DNA of 56,739 bases, the filler included, from Ginglymostoma cirratum (taxonomy: Eukaryota): the NCBI GenBank assembly GCA_024137785.1. It is 3 parts of 3 records of this genome, joined end to end, with 100 filler letters (N's around TTAATTAATTAA, not from the genome) between each part and the next. Parts side by side here need not be neighbours in the genome. Positions count along the whole stretch, not along the records: positions 1 to 21,917 come from JAHRHZ010000116.1; 2 more parts are not named here. The stretch is one strand, 5' to 3'. Position numbers and translations under genes: made by a program. The notes under the pieces are model-generated. The model was given only the letters and a program-made list of their open reading frames with translations, was not told the origin of the DNA and ran no database searches. This document shows positions 1-13,559 of the stretch, one piece after another. Every line of letters begins with the position of its first letter. Position 1 is the first letter of the stretch.

Positions 1-173
1 TCTTCAATGAAAATTGGCAAGCCTATCCAACCTATAATCAGAATTCAAACTTTTAAAGCGCTTTCTCGTTTCTCTGTTATTAAACCACTGTAGTTGTGGG
101 GGGGGGGGAGAGGTGGAAAGTGAATACATGATCCAGAGTCATGTCGGTTTAAGGAATGCTGCTTTCATTTGAC

Positions 174-519
174 GGTATTCATTCAGATATCTCATTAACT
201 CAGCCAGAGGCAGAGACAGGGAAGCCTGGATTGTCTCTGAGTCTCATCTGTAAAATTAGCAGGTTCCATTTGGGCAGCTACATTATGTTCTGCTGTATAC
301 AATGTCCTGGGAACAGCCAGCAATGACAATTTTGGTATATCAATGAATAGAACTAAAGTCTTTAATCCCAACATTAGTGAGCAAGATATTTCTTCGAAAA
401 ACCTTACAAACAATAACTTCGCTTTGGATTTCAGGACATTAATAATACCAGATATTGAGACATATTCATATGCACAGAGATACAGTGAGAGAGATCAGAA
501 CCAGATGATGTGCAAAACT
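174..519 (+). pseudogene. IgM-VH-like V segment pseudogene with 3' RSS
   Basis: Translates [38 protein letters not shown]...SKNLTNNNFALDFRTLIIPDIETYSYAQR (shark VH FR1/FR3 pattern) with stops and a frameshift. Heptamer TACAGTG 481-487, 23-nt spacer, nonamer TGCAAAACT 511-519. Confidence 0.88.
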
Positions 520-2119
520 TTAAGAAAGGTAACGTAACATTTTCCATAATTCACAAAGCAGCAATTCACCCACAACTGTCAACAGCTCATCGAGTCAGAT
601 TATTGTAAAGAGCAGAGGAGGCCATTTGGCATTTCGTATCTCTGCCTAGCCCCAAATACTTCTCAATAAGTCCATCTCAACCATTACTTCCACAGAGCTG
701 AGAGTTTTGTCCTCCAATATATTAATACAACTATCTGATTACTGTATAAGAGCAATGCTTTCTTTTCCACTCTCCCATTATTTTATCGTATGGTCTGCAA
801 TGTTCATATCCAGAAGTTCACTTTTTTTAATGTATTCACAATCATATGCATTTATTGCAAAAAAAGGGGTAGAATTAGAAGCAGGCCATTTATCCTAACA
901 ATGCTGCTCCATCAAGCATTGTGACCATGACTGGTCGAATAACCCGCAACTCCGCTTTCCAGCATGTTAATCAATTCACTTATTTTTTTTTCAATCTGTC
1001 TAACTCAGGCTTGAATACATTAACTTATCCATGCTTAAATTACCTCTGTGGGAAATAATTACACAGATTGATGCAATCCTGATAGATGAGATTCCTCAGT
1101 ATATCTCTCTGAAATTTGTGAATTCTTTCTGGAGGCACATACGGGAATGCTAAGAATTGAAAAATTTACTCCTCTCCCTCTCTCTTTACCCCGCTCTATC
1201 AGCCCCTCCCCGACACCCGTGTTTCTCCCATATGTAAAAATATACACTGCCACCTTCTACTGGATAATGGAATGCCTTCACTACACACTCCTGCACAGGA
1301 GGAGTCTAAAAAAAAATCTCTCGCGTATTCCACCACAATGCAGACAGCTGTTCAGAACTCCTATCAAAATGATTGCCAGCTCACTCTCCTTTTTTTTTTG
1401 TTCTGCACTCGCATTTCAAGCTCAACCTACCTCCTACCTTCCAGCTTGTTTTATAATTTTTTTAAAATTCATTCATGGGATATGAGCGCCACTAGCGAGA
1501 ACAGAAATTATCACCCTTCCCTAATTGCTCAGAGGGTAGTAAAGAGTCAACAACATTGCTGTAGGTCTGGAGTCACGTGTAGGCCAGACCTGTTAAAGGA
1601 GATTTCCTTAGCAAAAGGACATTAGTGAACCAGATGGGTTTCCTGACAATTGACAATAATTTCATGATCGTCATTACACTCTTAATTTCACAATATTATC
1701 AAATTCCACCATCTGCCATGCTGGGATTGAAACCCGGGTCCCCGCAACATAGCTTCTTCCCTGAATTAATACTCTAGCGATAAGTCCACTGGGCCATTGC
1801 CTACCCCTATTTTTCAAACAGTTGGCGAGCTGTCCCTGAATTCTGTTTGATCTTGCCTCGCTCAACAGTCTACCACGTGGAACCTTGTTAACGGCCTTGC
1901 TAAGTCTATGTGGATAACATCTACCGCTCTGCTTTCATCTATCTTCTTTGACAGCTCTGCCAAAACCTCAATCAATGTTCGGGTAGTGGCGGATTGCCTT
2001 GATTTCCCAGTAAATAATCGGCTTTCTGGTTCGATGGTGATAGGGGCAATTATTCATCACAGAATAATACCAGGCCCATGTTTGTGGAAAATGAGTGGAT
2101 CAGCTGTAAAGGAGGGGTT

Positions 2120-2400
2120 GAAGAAGAAAGGAAGGCAGTAGTGGTAGGGGACTCTTTAATCAGAAGACAAGCGATATATATGTAGCACTACAAACCCTGA
2201 AGAATTATGTTGCCTCCTTCTTGCCAGGATCAGCACTATCAAAGAGAAGCGACAGAAAATTCTTCTGGGAGAGACAAACAACTAAGGGTTATGATCCACG
2301 TTGAGATCATTGCCTCAGGTAGGAAGGAGCAGTAAGGTCCAGAATGCAAACTTTCGGGAACAATGAAGTATTTAGCATCTGGAATACACTGACCTGAAAA
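2120..2400 (+). mobile_element. Degenerate CR1 ORF1 (SGNH esterase) fragment
   Basis: Translates AVVVGDSLIRR..., similar to AIVIGDSIVRG in the CR1 ORF1 at about 54200. Confidence 0.6.
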
Positions 2401-3179
2401 TGATGGAGGAAAGTTCAATTGATACATTCCAGAGGACATTGGATGGTTATAGAAATAAAGTGCGGGCCTCTGGGGGAAAAGACATGAGTTTAACATGAGG
2501 TAAAAGAACAGTTGCAGTCATGATTGGTTGAATGACTTCCAACTGCTCCATAACAATTCTGTCATTCTGTGGTGCCTCATATCTATCACAGGTAGGCACC
2601 GTGAGAGGAGGGTCAGTTCTGCAAACTCCTGTAGTCATGCATCTCCTGCAATGTTCAGTCAATAGTTGGAAGTGGAATTCTCTTCCATAACATTCAAATG
2701 TGGAAAAATAACAAGTATGGTCCGACAGTCCTTCGTAATGAATGGGATAATGTTCCATTGGTTTAGAGTACTTAAGCAGGTTTCTATTTCAATTCAATCA
2801 TGTGATGTGGAAATCTCTGGCTATGCCATTGATTACTATTGTCCATTCCTAATGACAGTGACGATGGTAGTTGACTTCCTTCCTGAACCATTTCACTCCT
2901 TCGGATATCAGGACACCCAGAGTGTTTCCTTTTTTCCTGAAGGGGGCAGTTATCCGATGTTGATCCAGCGACTATGAATGAAGAATGACTTTATTTTTTA
3001 TATTTATTCATTCATGGGATGAGGGATTCTCCAGCTTGGCCAGTATTCACCACCCATCCATAACTTACCAGAAAGCAGTTCAGTATAGTACCAAACTATC
3101 CATTGTGGGCCCTCCTGGTACTTTTTCTTTACCAGTACATGGTGTCATTACGAAGAACCGTTGGTTTTACAGGTCGATC

Positions 3180-4540
3180 TCAGAGTCTGTACGGTGAATT
3201 GTGAGGTGATGCATTTTGGAAGGTCAAGTACAGGCGGAACTCATACAGTAAATAGCATAACACTGAGGAGTATTGATATGCAGAGGGAAAGAAATGCAGG
3301 CCCACAGATCGCTGAAGGTCGCAGCACAGGTAGATAAAGTTGTAACAATGGCTAATGGTTATGCTTGCCTTCATTGAAAGGGGCACTGAGTATAAGGATT
3401 GACAAGTTATGCTGCTGCTTTATAGAACATTAATTAGGCCACACTTGGAATATTGTGTACAGATCTGGTTACAATACTTCCACAAGGATGTGGATGCTGT
3501 AGAGTGGATACCAAAATGATTTACCAGGATGATGTCTAGTGTGGGGGATGTTAGCAATGAAGAAAGGTTAGAAAGACTGAGTTTGTTTTCACTGGAACGC
3601 AGGAAGTTGAGGGAGGACCGAATAGGAGTTTATGGGATTGTGAATGGCAGGGATAGAATGGAAAATGTGAGTCCATTTTCCCAGTCTGGAGGGGTAAATT
3701 CCGAGGGGAAACTTGTTCGAGGTGCGAAGGGGTAAGTTTAAAAGAGATGTGCGAGGTATATTTTTAACATAAAGAGTGGTGAATGTCTGGAACGCGTTGC
3801 CAGAGGAGGTGGTGGAAGCAGACGCAACAGCAGCATTCAGGAATCACCTGGACGAAGACATAAACGGGAAGTGAATACAGGTATATAGAACCAATAGGTG
3901 AAGACGGTTTTAACATGGAAGAGCAAAATGTGATGGAGCGGGCCTGCAGGTCCGAAGAGCTTGTACCTGTGCTCTATTGTTCTTTGTATGGACACCTGTT
4001 AAGTTTAAACAGAATTCATTAAACTGAAGTGATTCCAGCTCGTCTAACTGTAATAGGGAAAGAATTAATGGAGAAAATGAAAACCTTATTAAATTGGGGA
4101 AATAAATGTTTGGAGAGACACACTGGGCAAGGAAACAAGAAGGAGAGTGAGAGACCATGTTGAAACTTATAAGTATCTGGGGTGAATTCACAAGGTAGTT
4201 ACAGTGAGGTTATTTCTCCTTGAGGGAGTGTAAAGAACCAGAGTGAATATATATCAGACTGCTTATCATTCTGCTGGTCAGAGAGGAGGTGGAATTTCTT
4301 CTGTCAGTGGTTCGTGAATAAATGGGATTCGTTACCACAGACACCGGTCGAAATCGGATCATTAAATATATTCAAAGCTGAGATAGAAAGATTTTCTAAT
4401 CAGTAAGGGATCAACAGCTATGCAGAGGAAAGGCCAAAAATTTGAGTTGATGATGATGAGAACATCCATGATCTGACTGAGTGCAGAAGTAGTCTCGATG
4501 TAAGGACTGGAATAACTTTTCTCCTACGTCTTATGGTGGT
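3180..4540 (+). mobile_element. Two CR1 LINE 3' fragments
   Basis: Translates EERLERLSLFSLERRKLRED..., the typical CR1 ORF2 C-terminus, followed by CR1-type 3' tails. Confidence 0.8.
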
Positions 4541-6068
4541 ATTGTCTATTAATCTCAGCCTGTTGGTTCTTTTCAGCATCCTTGTCTTCGTCTCTCTTCT
4601 CCTGATGGCGTTTCCCTGTCTCACTCTGTACATGTCACAGCACAAACAGAATGTGCTACTCGTGGACCTGTAATAGTTCTTTTCACTCTCACATTGCTGT
4701 TTGTGTGTTTTCTGTGTGCGGCTCTCGGCATCATTTCTTTCTTCACAACAGTGACTTCATTCCGAGGAAACTCACTGCCTGCAAAATGTTCTAAAATGTC
4801 CACTGATTAGAATGTAAGTTATGGAAAATACGGAGAATATAATACTGAGAACGATTACTGCAATGACTCCTGTCGCAGTAAGGTCAATTCAAAACATGGA
4901 GCACAAGTTGTTAGTGTGATGGGAACCTATTCATTTGGCTGCATGCATCAATCAGATTCAAGAAACCACAAGAAACTCCTCACTCGCCATCACGAAGCAA
5001 CCGTTTTGATTACCGTCCTACAGTTAACTTAAACAAACATTCACTGTGTAGCAGGCCAGAAGGATTGCAGAGGAAAATGTCCGCAAGCAGCACTGTGGTA
5101 AGTCATCCTGTCTGTTTCTAAACGTGGTAACAATATATTCACCCTCCATGGTATCAGTCAGAGTAACCTCGTGGAATTTCTCTGAAGAGGCAAGTGAAAA
5201 TCTGTTTAACATCTACAGCATCAACTTCTTACATCAGAACTTTTACCCTCCTCGTTTGAAGAAGGGAGGCAGAGAATAAGTGAGCTGCTAATTTTAGCAT
5301 CAAGGACTTTATATTGATTAGAAGTTGACTGTCTAGAAGAAGGTTATCTTCAAGCGAATAAATGAAGATGGTACAATATAGATCACTTGGTCCTTCAGAA
5401 CCTGCGCCCATATTCAGTAAGATCATGGCTGATCTCAGTTTACATCTAACTCTACATGTCTGCAAATTACCAATAATCTTACAACACCTTGGTCATCAGG
5501 AATCCGCCTACTGCTACCAGAACAATATTTCAAGATTCTGCAACCACGACATTTTCTGGAAGGAAATTCGAAAACACATAACCCACTGAAAGAAAAGGGC
5601 ACAGTTCCTCAGTTCATTCTGAAATGGCGCTAACCCATTCATAAACATTCCTAGTTCTAAGTTCTAGATTTTTGCACAAGAGGGGGCATTATTTCCACTC
5701 CAGCCTGAGCACGCCCCCACAGACTCATTCATGTTTCCCTTCAGTCTCGTCTGACTATTCTAAACTAGACAGGATACAGGCACGCAGACTAACCTTTTAT
5801 ATACATATATATGCACGAGCCCACTCATTCCAAGCAAGTTAGACTAGGATTAATGGAAATATTGGGAAAGATATAAAATTTAATTTTAATGACCATTCTT
5901 AAGGATTTATTCAAGGTGTGCAGCGGTGATTACTGTACTATTTCTTGCAGCTTGACATTAAGACAGGAACTCTGCTGCCTAAATGATATTCATTTAGGAT
6001 AATGCCCACCTCCTGTGACGTCGTTGATTTTGAAACAGCAAGGCTGTCCGCATGGGTCCTGTTTGTCC

Positions 6069-6424
6069 ATGATCTGTGCATGGTTGCATATTAGATTGCA
6101 ACATGGTGATGATCACTGCACAGACGTAGATGGCAGCATCTGATTTTCCAATGTTTCCGATGATCAAAGCACGATGTCGATGTTCCCAGTGAGGACTGAC
6201 ACAAACCTTCGCTGCTCCCACCACGCTGCCAGAAGCGGTGACCAGAAACCCTGGCTCTCCTCGGTCATATCACTTGTACCACAGCACGAAGCTGAGTAAG
6301 GTGTTCATTGTCAGTGACAAACGTCCACAACCACCAGAGGTGATTTGCTATTTAGCCTTGAGTTCTGTAAAGCGGAACGAGGCTCCATGGGAGACAGGGT
6401 GAAAGGAGATTTTGGTGCATGCAT
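6069..6424 (-). pseudogene. TCR-like V pseudogene (leader+V in one exon) with RSS
   Basis: MHAPKSPFTLSPMEPRSALQNSRLNSKSPLVVVD...LLSFVLWYK*YDRGEPGFLVTASGSVV...LIIGNIGKSDAAIYVCAVII. Heptamer CACCATG (6102-6108), 24-nt spacer, nonamer ACAGATCAT. Confidence 0.8.
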
Positions 6425-6903
6425 CAAGAATATGGATTGTGTCGAAAACGCAGGAAAGTGGATTACAGCACAATAGGAACAGCCATGATCCCTTGGAGGA
6501 ACATTCACGATAGGCTCTGTGGCCTACTTCATCTTCTTTGACTCATGTTCTGAAGACCTTTCGGTTTCAGCCAAATGAACGAGCAGGCGCGTGGATATGA
6601 CCCTTTATAGTATGAGTTGTTAAATTCTGGGATACATGATCAAATTGCTGGTAGACAGAAAAATAAAGCAATGTTTACAAAACGAAACCCAACAAATGTA
6701 AGGACATACAGCAGTTTGAAACTGCCGGTTCTCTGCCGGTAGTGATGTGGACAGAGAGATTGCGCAGTATTATGAACTAGGCAGCAAAGATATGAAGATC
6801 AGAATGGTTTGCTTGTGCAGTTCACAATGGATTGCTGAGCTGCTGTCAATGATAACTTACTGGTGTTTTGAGAGTCAAAGAGGATACTGTTTTACCTCTT
6901 GTG

Positions 6904-7409
6904 GGTTGTGGAACAGGTCGAGATATGATCTGTCTCATTGTGTTCCTCTGCACAATAATATGTTGCATTATCTGACATCCTCAACGTTCCAATATCCAAA
7001 GCAAAGACATTGTTTGAAAGATCTTTAGAGGCAGTAGCTCTTCCTGTAACCTCTGGATTACATCTGTTGCTGCTTTCGCTGCTGTATAAAACTAGCCATT
7101 GCAGGCTCTTTGCACGGGTTTCTCCGTATCAGTGGATGGTGTAGCTGCCGAGCTCGAACCCGCTGTTTTTACAGGTCAGCCTCAGAGCGGGTCCGGCGAT
7201 TCCTGTCTCTGCCTCTGGCTGAGTCAACACCACCGCCGACTGGGTACCTAGTACCGGAAAGCAGCATTAATTAAACCAGATTGACTCTTCCCAGGGAAGG
7301 TGTTTCACAAAAAACTGAAAACTTCTTCGAATTTTGGGAAATGGAGCAAATTGAGCTACACACTGGATGCGAAAAAATGTAGCAGAGGGAGAGACCTCTA
7401 TGATACCAT
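6904..7409 (-). pseudogene. IgM-VH-like V pseudogene (leader exon 7364-7409, V exon 6943-7247, 23-RSS)
   Basis: V exon reads [53 protein letters not shown]...TASKDLSNNVFALDIGTLRMSDNATYYCAEE, with the conserved Trp codon as TGA. The leader carries a TAG. RSS is CACAATG-23-TCCACAACC. Confidence 0.92.
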
Positions 7410-8874
7410 GCTTCCTGATGCCAGGTAAACTAGGGCAATCTGTGGTCGAGTCCGTCACTGATAATGCACTTTGGAGATTGAAAGATTCTGATCATCGCTC
7501 ACAGAAGCTGATGAATTGGCGACAGGGGTAGACAGTTTTGAGGAGACAAGTTATTAGTTGCCTACAATCGACATCTGATGTAAACACATGCACTTCTGAT
7601 CAGCCACAGGGGGTTGTGTAGTAGTACCGTATCATTTTCAAGACTGGGAACATTGAATGAATTGAGGATCATGCCTGACACCCAGAGAAAGATTGTCCTA
7701 TTCCCAATTTCTCCTTTCAGTCTGTTAAAACAATTCTCAAATCCCTAAACCCATGTTGCGCACTAATGTCTTATTTAGGAGTTTACCCCAATCTACTTGA
7801 AAATTCAAATGCACCAAAGCCACTACTTCTTCTGTTCAATTCTGTTTGTTACATCTTCAATAAAATGCTAATGGCTTTGTTACGCGTGATTTGTTAATCG
7901 TAAACACTTGTTGATTTTGTCCAACACGTCAATGTTTTGCGATCTATTCCATGCACAGGATGAATAAAGTGAACGATTATTTCAACAGCATGTTATTGTG
8001 ATAATAAATGACCTCCATGAAAGGATATTGTTCTTTTTCAGTTCTCTTTTGTCCAAGAGTTGGATACATTCCAAGAATAGAAAACCTTATGGGTGCATTA
8101 TGGGGAGAATTGATCATTGTGATGAGCTGATTCACCTGGTTCAAAGTGATTGGAGTATTTTGAGGCGATACCGAGGTGTATATCGCTGGACTGCCAATCA
8201 GAGTAATAATCTGGGTGTCTGAGTTCGAGATTCGCCACAGCAGATGATAGGAATTGAATTTTATAAAAACCTGGAATTAAGAGTCTAATGATGACCATTA
8301 TCTCTTGTCCAAATTCAAAACCCATCTGGCTCCTCCCTTGATGGAAGGAAACTGCCATCCTTTACTGGGCTGGACCTGATGTCACTCCAGACTGAAGCAG
8401 TATGTTTGAGTTATAACTGCCCTGTTAGATGGCCTTCTGGTGTGACTGAATTAAACAAAACAACCAACAATGTACCTGGAGCCTGAGTGGCATTATTCCG
8501 AGCTCTCCCATTCTATTAACCGAGGTTACTGATTATGTGGGAGTTTTCTGGACTCATAAGGGCAATAGTCCAATATTGAGTTGATTACTTTGCATCAACG
8601 TCACCAGAGTATATAGAGATAACACTGACTTTTAAAATAAAATGCAATTCCAAACAATGCCGACACCTATACCGGCATCATAGTGATACAAATGTTACTA
8701 TAGCCATTAACGTAGTGATCTGTGTGCATATTTGGTGGGTATTTGTGACTGTCTTCAAGTGTACGCATGTTAGTGAAGCCGAATGGGTATGATCATTTGT
8801 GAAATTGTGTATATTTACTTGTCTCTCTGTCAGCACCTGTGTAACCATCTGCCCGTGTGTAGCGATCTGCCAAG

Positions 8875-8882
8875 GTGTGTGT

Positions 8883-8916
<34 letters not shown>

Positions 8917-8950
8917 CTGTCTGTGTGTCTGTGTCTGTGTGTGTGTGTTT
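8875..8950. repeat. (TG)n microsatellite
   Basis: Direct inspection. Confidence 0.95.
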
Positions 8951-9149
8951 GCACATGCCCACGCACAACCATGAAATATTTTGCCTGGGCATTGATTGAA
9001 CTGAGAAGATTCAAATTCTTTCAGCATTTTACGTCAGATTGTGTTTAACGTGATACAATAGCAACCTCTGCTGTCAGCAGATGTAACAGTACCTATGATT
9101 GTGAAAAATTCAGTTCGAAGCAGAGCAGCGGCAGCTAGCATCCTAACTG

Positions 9150-9600
9150 ATAGAGGCATCAACACACAACACGGGGTTAATGTGCGATCTACAGTGTTCC
9201 TCAGTGTGAGGACGACAGAGGGGCTCAGTGTGTACAGAGAGGTTGACAGGGGGTATACGAGACTCACTTTGGAACACCAGCGGGGCTCAGCTTGGGAAAG
9301 ACAGCGTTAATCAATGTTGAGATTACAGATATGCTCAGTGTGACAATGACAGAGTTGTTCAGTGTGGGAGGGACAGAGGTGGTCAGAGTGGGGATTAAGG
9401 TGATGCTCGGTGTGAGAAACATCGCGGTGGCCAGTCTTGAGATCACAGAGGTGATGAGGGTTGGAATTAAAGAGGCAGTTTATGTTGCATCCAAACTGTG
9501 GTTCATGCGGGAAGTAAAGAGTCGGTCAGTGTGGGCATGACTGATTTGGTTACTGTGGTGATAACAGAGAATGTCTGTGTGCAGAAATTTCAGCGGCAGT
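9150..9600. repeat. Degenerate 24-bp minisatellite
   Basis: Consecutive 24-mers such as ctcagtgtgacaatgacagagttg / ttcagtgtgggagggacagaggtg / gtcagagtggggattaaggtgatg. Confidence 0.75.
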
Positions 9601-10557
9601 CAGTGTGGAGAGGGCAGAGTTGGGCTGAATGTGGGTTACTTTTTGCGTCAGTGTGGGGTTTATAGAAAAGATCAATTTCCACAGAGAACATGGTAAACAA
9701 CTTAATGACTTTGTTAAAGATTGAAACTATTTCAAACGCGTCTAGATATACTTGACAAAATGCATACAGGTATAAAGCTGAATTAGCTATTTTTCTCCAG
9801 ATAACTAAATTGACGAATAAACATAAAGTATTGGAATTGGGAAATGACACAGCAGATGATTGTTATGATCTTACAAACATACGATGAGAATGCCAGAGTC
9901 GGACATTTGGCCATTTAAGACCATCTTCCACATTTCAGTAATATCATGGCTGATCGGAATTTAATATCAACACAACATTCCAGTATGCCGCCAATAATCT
10001 TTCAGCCACTTCGTCATGAAGAATTCCGCCTGAAAAATAATTAATGATTCTGTATTCTCTTCATTTTGAGAAGGGGAATTCGAAAGACTCACAACATATT
10101 CAAAGAAAATGTATTCTTTTTCATCTTTCGTTTACATTTGCACCCACTTCTGAGCTCTGAACCAGTAGTTCAAGGTTCTTCCACAAAACGAAACATACTT
10201 TTCATACACGCCTGATAAAATCCTCTCAGGATCTTATATGTATCAAATAATTCACGTCTGACTGTTCTAAAGTCTAGAGGATTCAGGTCCAGGCCGCCTA
10301 GCCTTTGCTTAAAAGGCAATATTTTCATTCCAAGCACTTTGATGCAGGCTAGGTGATATGATATTGTACATCTAATACTGATGAGCGTTCTTTAGGATGT
10401 TTTAAGGTACGGAGTGGTTCCAAAAGGATATATCCTTTTCGGTTGACATCAGGGCAACAAATCCGTGGTCTGATTGACAGTTAGTTAAGCTAATGTTCTT
10501 CTCTAAGGTCGTTAATGTTGAGATAATGTTTATGTAGGTGTCACTCCTGTGTGGTCG

Positions 10558-10913
10558 GGTCATCCCTGTGACTGCCTGTTCAGGCGTAACATTCTGATGA
10601 TCATTGCACAGAAGTCGTCGGCGTCAGCCGCCCTCCCATTCTCTGTGATGGTCAAAAAAATTATGTTTGTTCCCGGTGAAGAGTGACCTGAATACACCCT
10701 GCTCTGGGCAAGCTGCGTGAGGAGGTGCTACGAATCTCCAGCTCCAATCTGCCACTGTTCATATCTGAGCAAGGTACTGGTACTGCTGCTTATTGCAATC
10801 GATGTGTCGTCCACAGCTACCTGTACGAGAGTAGACTGTTTGATCCACGAGCTCTGTAGCATGGAAGCAACCACCAGGAGCGAAAGAATAAATGGAGATA
10901 ATGTTGCAAGTAC
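10558..10913 (-). pseudogene. TCR-like V pseudogene (leader+V in one exon), degenerate RSS
   Basis: VLATLSPFILSLLVVASMLQSSWIKQSTLVQVAVDDTSIAISSSTSTLLRYEQW...ADADDFCAMII, then the heptamer-position sequence CAGAATG (10590-10596). Homologous to 6069-6424. Confidence 0.72.
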
Positions 10914-11428
10914 CCAGATCCCTGGCGACACGTTGTATTTCCCAAAGGGAAAACAAGATTTATCCCAACAGGTTTACATACATGTGAGACATCTGGTAGT
11001 GATACAGAGAAACACAAATAAAGGAAGATTTATTAAAGGAGAACCGACAATTTCACTTTTAAGTTGGAGGTTCACGCACGCTGTTTGTTCTCAAACGATT
11101 CAACTAAATGTCTATTACTTTCTTTTAACCGTGTTTATCTATTTATCTATCTCTTTAAAATATCACCAGCATTTACCTTAGCATCCTAGTTTCTCAACGG
11201 TCTCTGGATGAAAATAAATGATGTGGAACTCCCATATTCAATATGGAAAAGTTATGTGTATTTTAATCGGTAGAAATCTAGAGCGTATTTATTTTCTAAA
11301 CAATCCATTCAGAAATCTTGGGATACTCCTCCGAAGCAGGTGAGTCCAGCATCATTTGTACCCGATCCCGTTATAGGGGCACTACCACTGCATGTCAGTA
11401 GCACTTAAGAACCTGATGATTAACTCAC

Positions 11429-11483
11429 CTCCGGTGAGTACATTTATTATAATAAAAAGAATCAATGTTAATCGCAATTCCAT
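11429..11483 (-). other. Orphan signal-peptide (leader) exon, intact
   Basis: MELRLTLILFIIINVLTG+G then gtgagt (phase 1 donor). TATAAA lies about 55 nt upstream. Confidence 0.7.
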
Positions 11484-11689
11484 CTTCATGTCCTGTTGAC
11501 AGGTGTAAGCACCAAAATAAATGGCGTCTCTCCTCTTTATAGTGCACAGCAGGCCAGAGGAGGATGTGGAGCTGTTTCCACCCACATGTTAATTCTAGCA
11601 TAAAACCCAGATTCACTTACATACAACATGAGTTAAAGTTAGAGAACAGTAATGATGTTAGTAACGAGACTAATAGACTAACTGACAAT

Positions 11690-12300
11690 CCGTCCTACGT
11701 AGATGCGATGGTCAAGAAGGCACAGCAACATCTCCTCTTCCTCAGGGGGCTAGAAATTTCAACATGACAATGAGGACCCCACACGAACTTCTATAGAGGC
11801 ATCATGGAAAGCATACTATCCTGGTACTTAACGGCTTGATACAGCAAGTGCTCTGCCCACGATAGTAGGAAACTACAGAAACTCATGTACACAGCCAAGA
11901 CCATTGAGGAAACCAAACTCCTAACCATGGACTCCAATTACATATCTCGATGCAGCTGAATGGCTGCCAATATCATCAACAATCTCTCCCACACCGGTAA
12001 TGCTCTACTACAACATCTTCTGTCAGGAGGTAGATCGGGAAGACTGAACACACGCACCAATGCGTTCAATCACGGCATTTTCTCCTGCCATTGTTAGACT
12101 GATGAATGGACACTCTAACATCAAATAATGCTAATCTTGATAATGTTGGGCTTTCTTTGCGCACTTCCTGTACATGCTTCACTCTATCTAAAGCCCCTAT
12201 GATCTGTGCGTCCTTGTTTGCTATGATCTGCCTGTACTGCTCACAAACAAAGCTTTCCACTGTATTTAGGTACACGTGACTGCAATACATCAGGTCAAAT
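11690..12300 (+). mobile_element. Rex1/Babar-like LINE 3' fragment
   Basis: Translates VKKAQQHLLFLRGL...FYRGIMESIL, resembling the Rex1 RT C-terminal region. Confidence 0.7.
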
Positions 12301-12377
12301 CGAACAGTCCAAGTGAAGATGCAGCTGAAAACAACAGTCAACAAATTGAGATTAAAAGTGAAGTCTTGTAACAATGA

Positions 12378-12770
12378 GAGATAACAAGCATGGGGCTGGA
12401 TGAACACAGCAGGTCAAGCAGCATCATAGGAGCAGGAAAACTTGACGTTTCGGGCCTAAACCCTTCATCAGAAATGGGGGAGGGGAAGAGGGTTCTGAAA
12501 TAAATAGGGAGAGAGGGGGAGGCGGATAGAGGATGGATAAAGGAGAGGATAGGTGGAGAGGAGGCAGACAAGTCGAAGAGGAGGGGATGGAGCCAGTAAA
12601 GGTGAGTGTAGGTAGGGGGGTAGGGAGGAGATAGGTCAGTCCAGGGAGGACGGACAGGTCAAGGGGGCGGGATGATGTTAGTAGATAGGAGATGGGGGTG
12701 TGGCTTGAGGTGAGAGGAAAAACAGGTTAGGGAGGTGGAGATGAGCTGGGCTGGTTTTGGGATGCGGTCT
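12378..12770 (-). mobile_element. Penelope-like pLTR/3' fragment containing a hammerhead core (12444-12471)
   Basis: The minus strand reads CTGATGA AGGGTTTAGGCCC GAAACGTC. Same family as the copies at 21.2, 21.8, 24.7, 29.3 and 33.6 kb. Confidence 0.75.
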
Positions 12771-12930
12771 CCCCTCCCTATTGAGTAGCAGGTGAATCAG
12801 CCGGCAGAGATATGCAGATTCGAATGGTTTCCTTTATCAGTTCACAAGGGTTTGAATAGCTGAGTCTCTGTCAGTTATGAGTCCATTTCTGCTTAGAGAA
12901 TCGAGGAAAAATGTTACATTTCCTCTTGTG

Positions 12931-13415
12931 GGTTTTTGTACAGGTATCTGATCTGCTTCTCTGTGCCCATGTACAGTAATATGTCGCGTTGTCTCACATC
13001 TTCAATGTTCTGATATCCAGAGAAGTTATTTTTTGATCGGTCTTTGGAAGTACTCACTCGTCCTTTAATCTCTGGAATATAATCGTTGCTGTTTTCTCTG
13101 TAGTACCAAACTAACAATTGCAGGTCATTCCCAGGGCGCGGTCTTTTCGAGAACATGGTGTTGCTGTCGAGATCGAACCTATTGGTTTTACAGGTCATTG
13201 TCAAAGACTTTCAGGGTATCCCTCTATCTGCCTCTGGCTGAGTCAATGTCATCTTCGACTGGGCAACTAGTAAAGTAAAGCATCATTCATTAAACCAGTC
13301 TGACTCGGGCTTCTGTCATACACAAAAAAGTTTGGCAGATTATTGGATTCTGAAAATCTGACGCAAATGCTTACGGATGGGCAGGAGGGAGGGTTGTTTT
13401 GAGAAAACAAGTCAT
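12931..13415 (-). pseudogene. IgM-VH-like V pseudogene (leader remnant 13375-13415, V exon 12966-13266)
   Basis: AQSKMTLTQPEADRGIP*KSLTMTCKTNRFDLDSNTM...RVSTSKDRSKNNF, frameshifted before ATYYC. RSS is CACAGAG, 19-nt spacer, canonical ACAAAAACC. Confidence 0.9.
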
Positions 13416-13559
13416 TGATGGCCTAAAATCGTCGTCTTATGTAAATACACAAAGTTCTGCTCATTCATAAGTTACGGGGCAGTTGCACCATCTCATTATC
13501 GACGCTGTGTTAAAAGATGGGATTGAGAATTACTGTTTGACATTCAGAGAAAGACTCAG

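Noticed and set aside
4550-4810. Hydrophobic reading frames here and at 18810-19110 resembling multi-pass membrane protein remnants
   Set aside because: They are explained by T/C-rich composition, are frameshifted, and show no recognisable family motif.
5042-5097. Two CACTGTG heptamers suggesting a D or J segment
   Set aside because: There is no nonamer at 12 or 23 nt spacing and no FGxG motif.
8678-9027. His/Thr- and Cys/Val-repeat ORFs (also near 14.2, 17.6 and 19.1 kb)
   Set aside because: They are translations of (CA)n/(TG)n microsatellites or span N gaps.
10817-10992. Possible second exon for the 11429-11483 leader after an acceptor at about 10993
   Set aside because: Phase-1 splicing gives a non-Ig frame that stops early and is out of frame with the downstream V.
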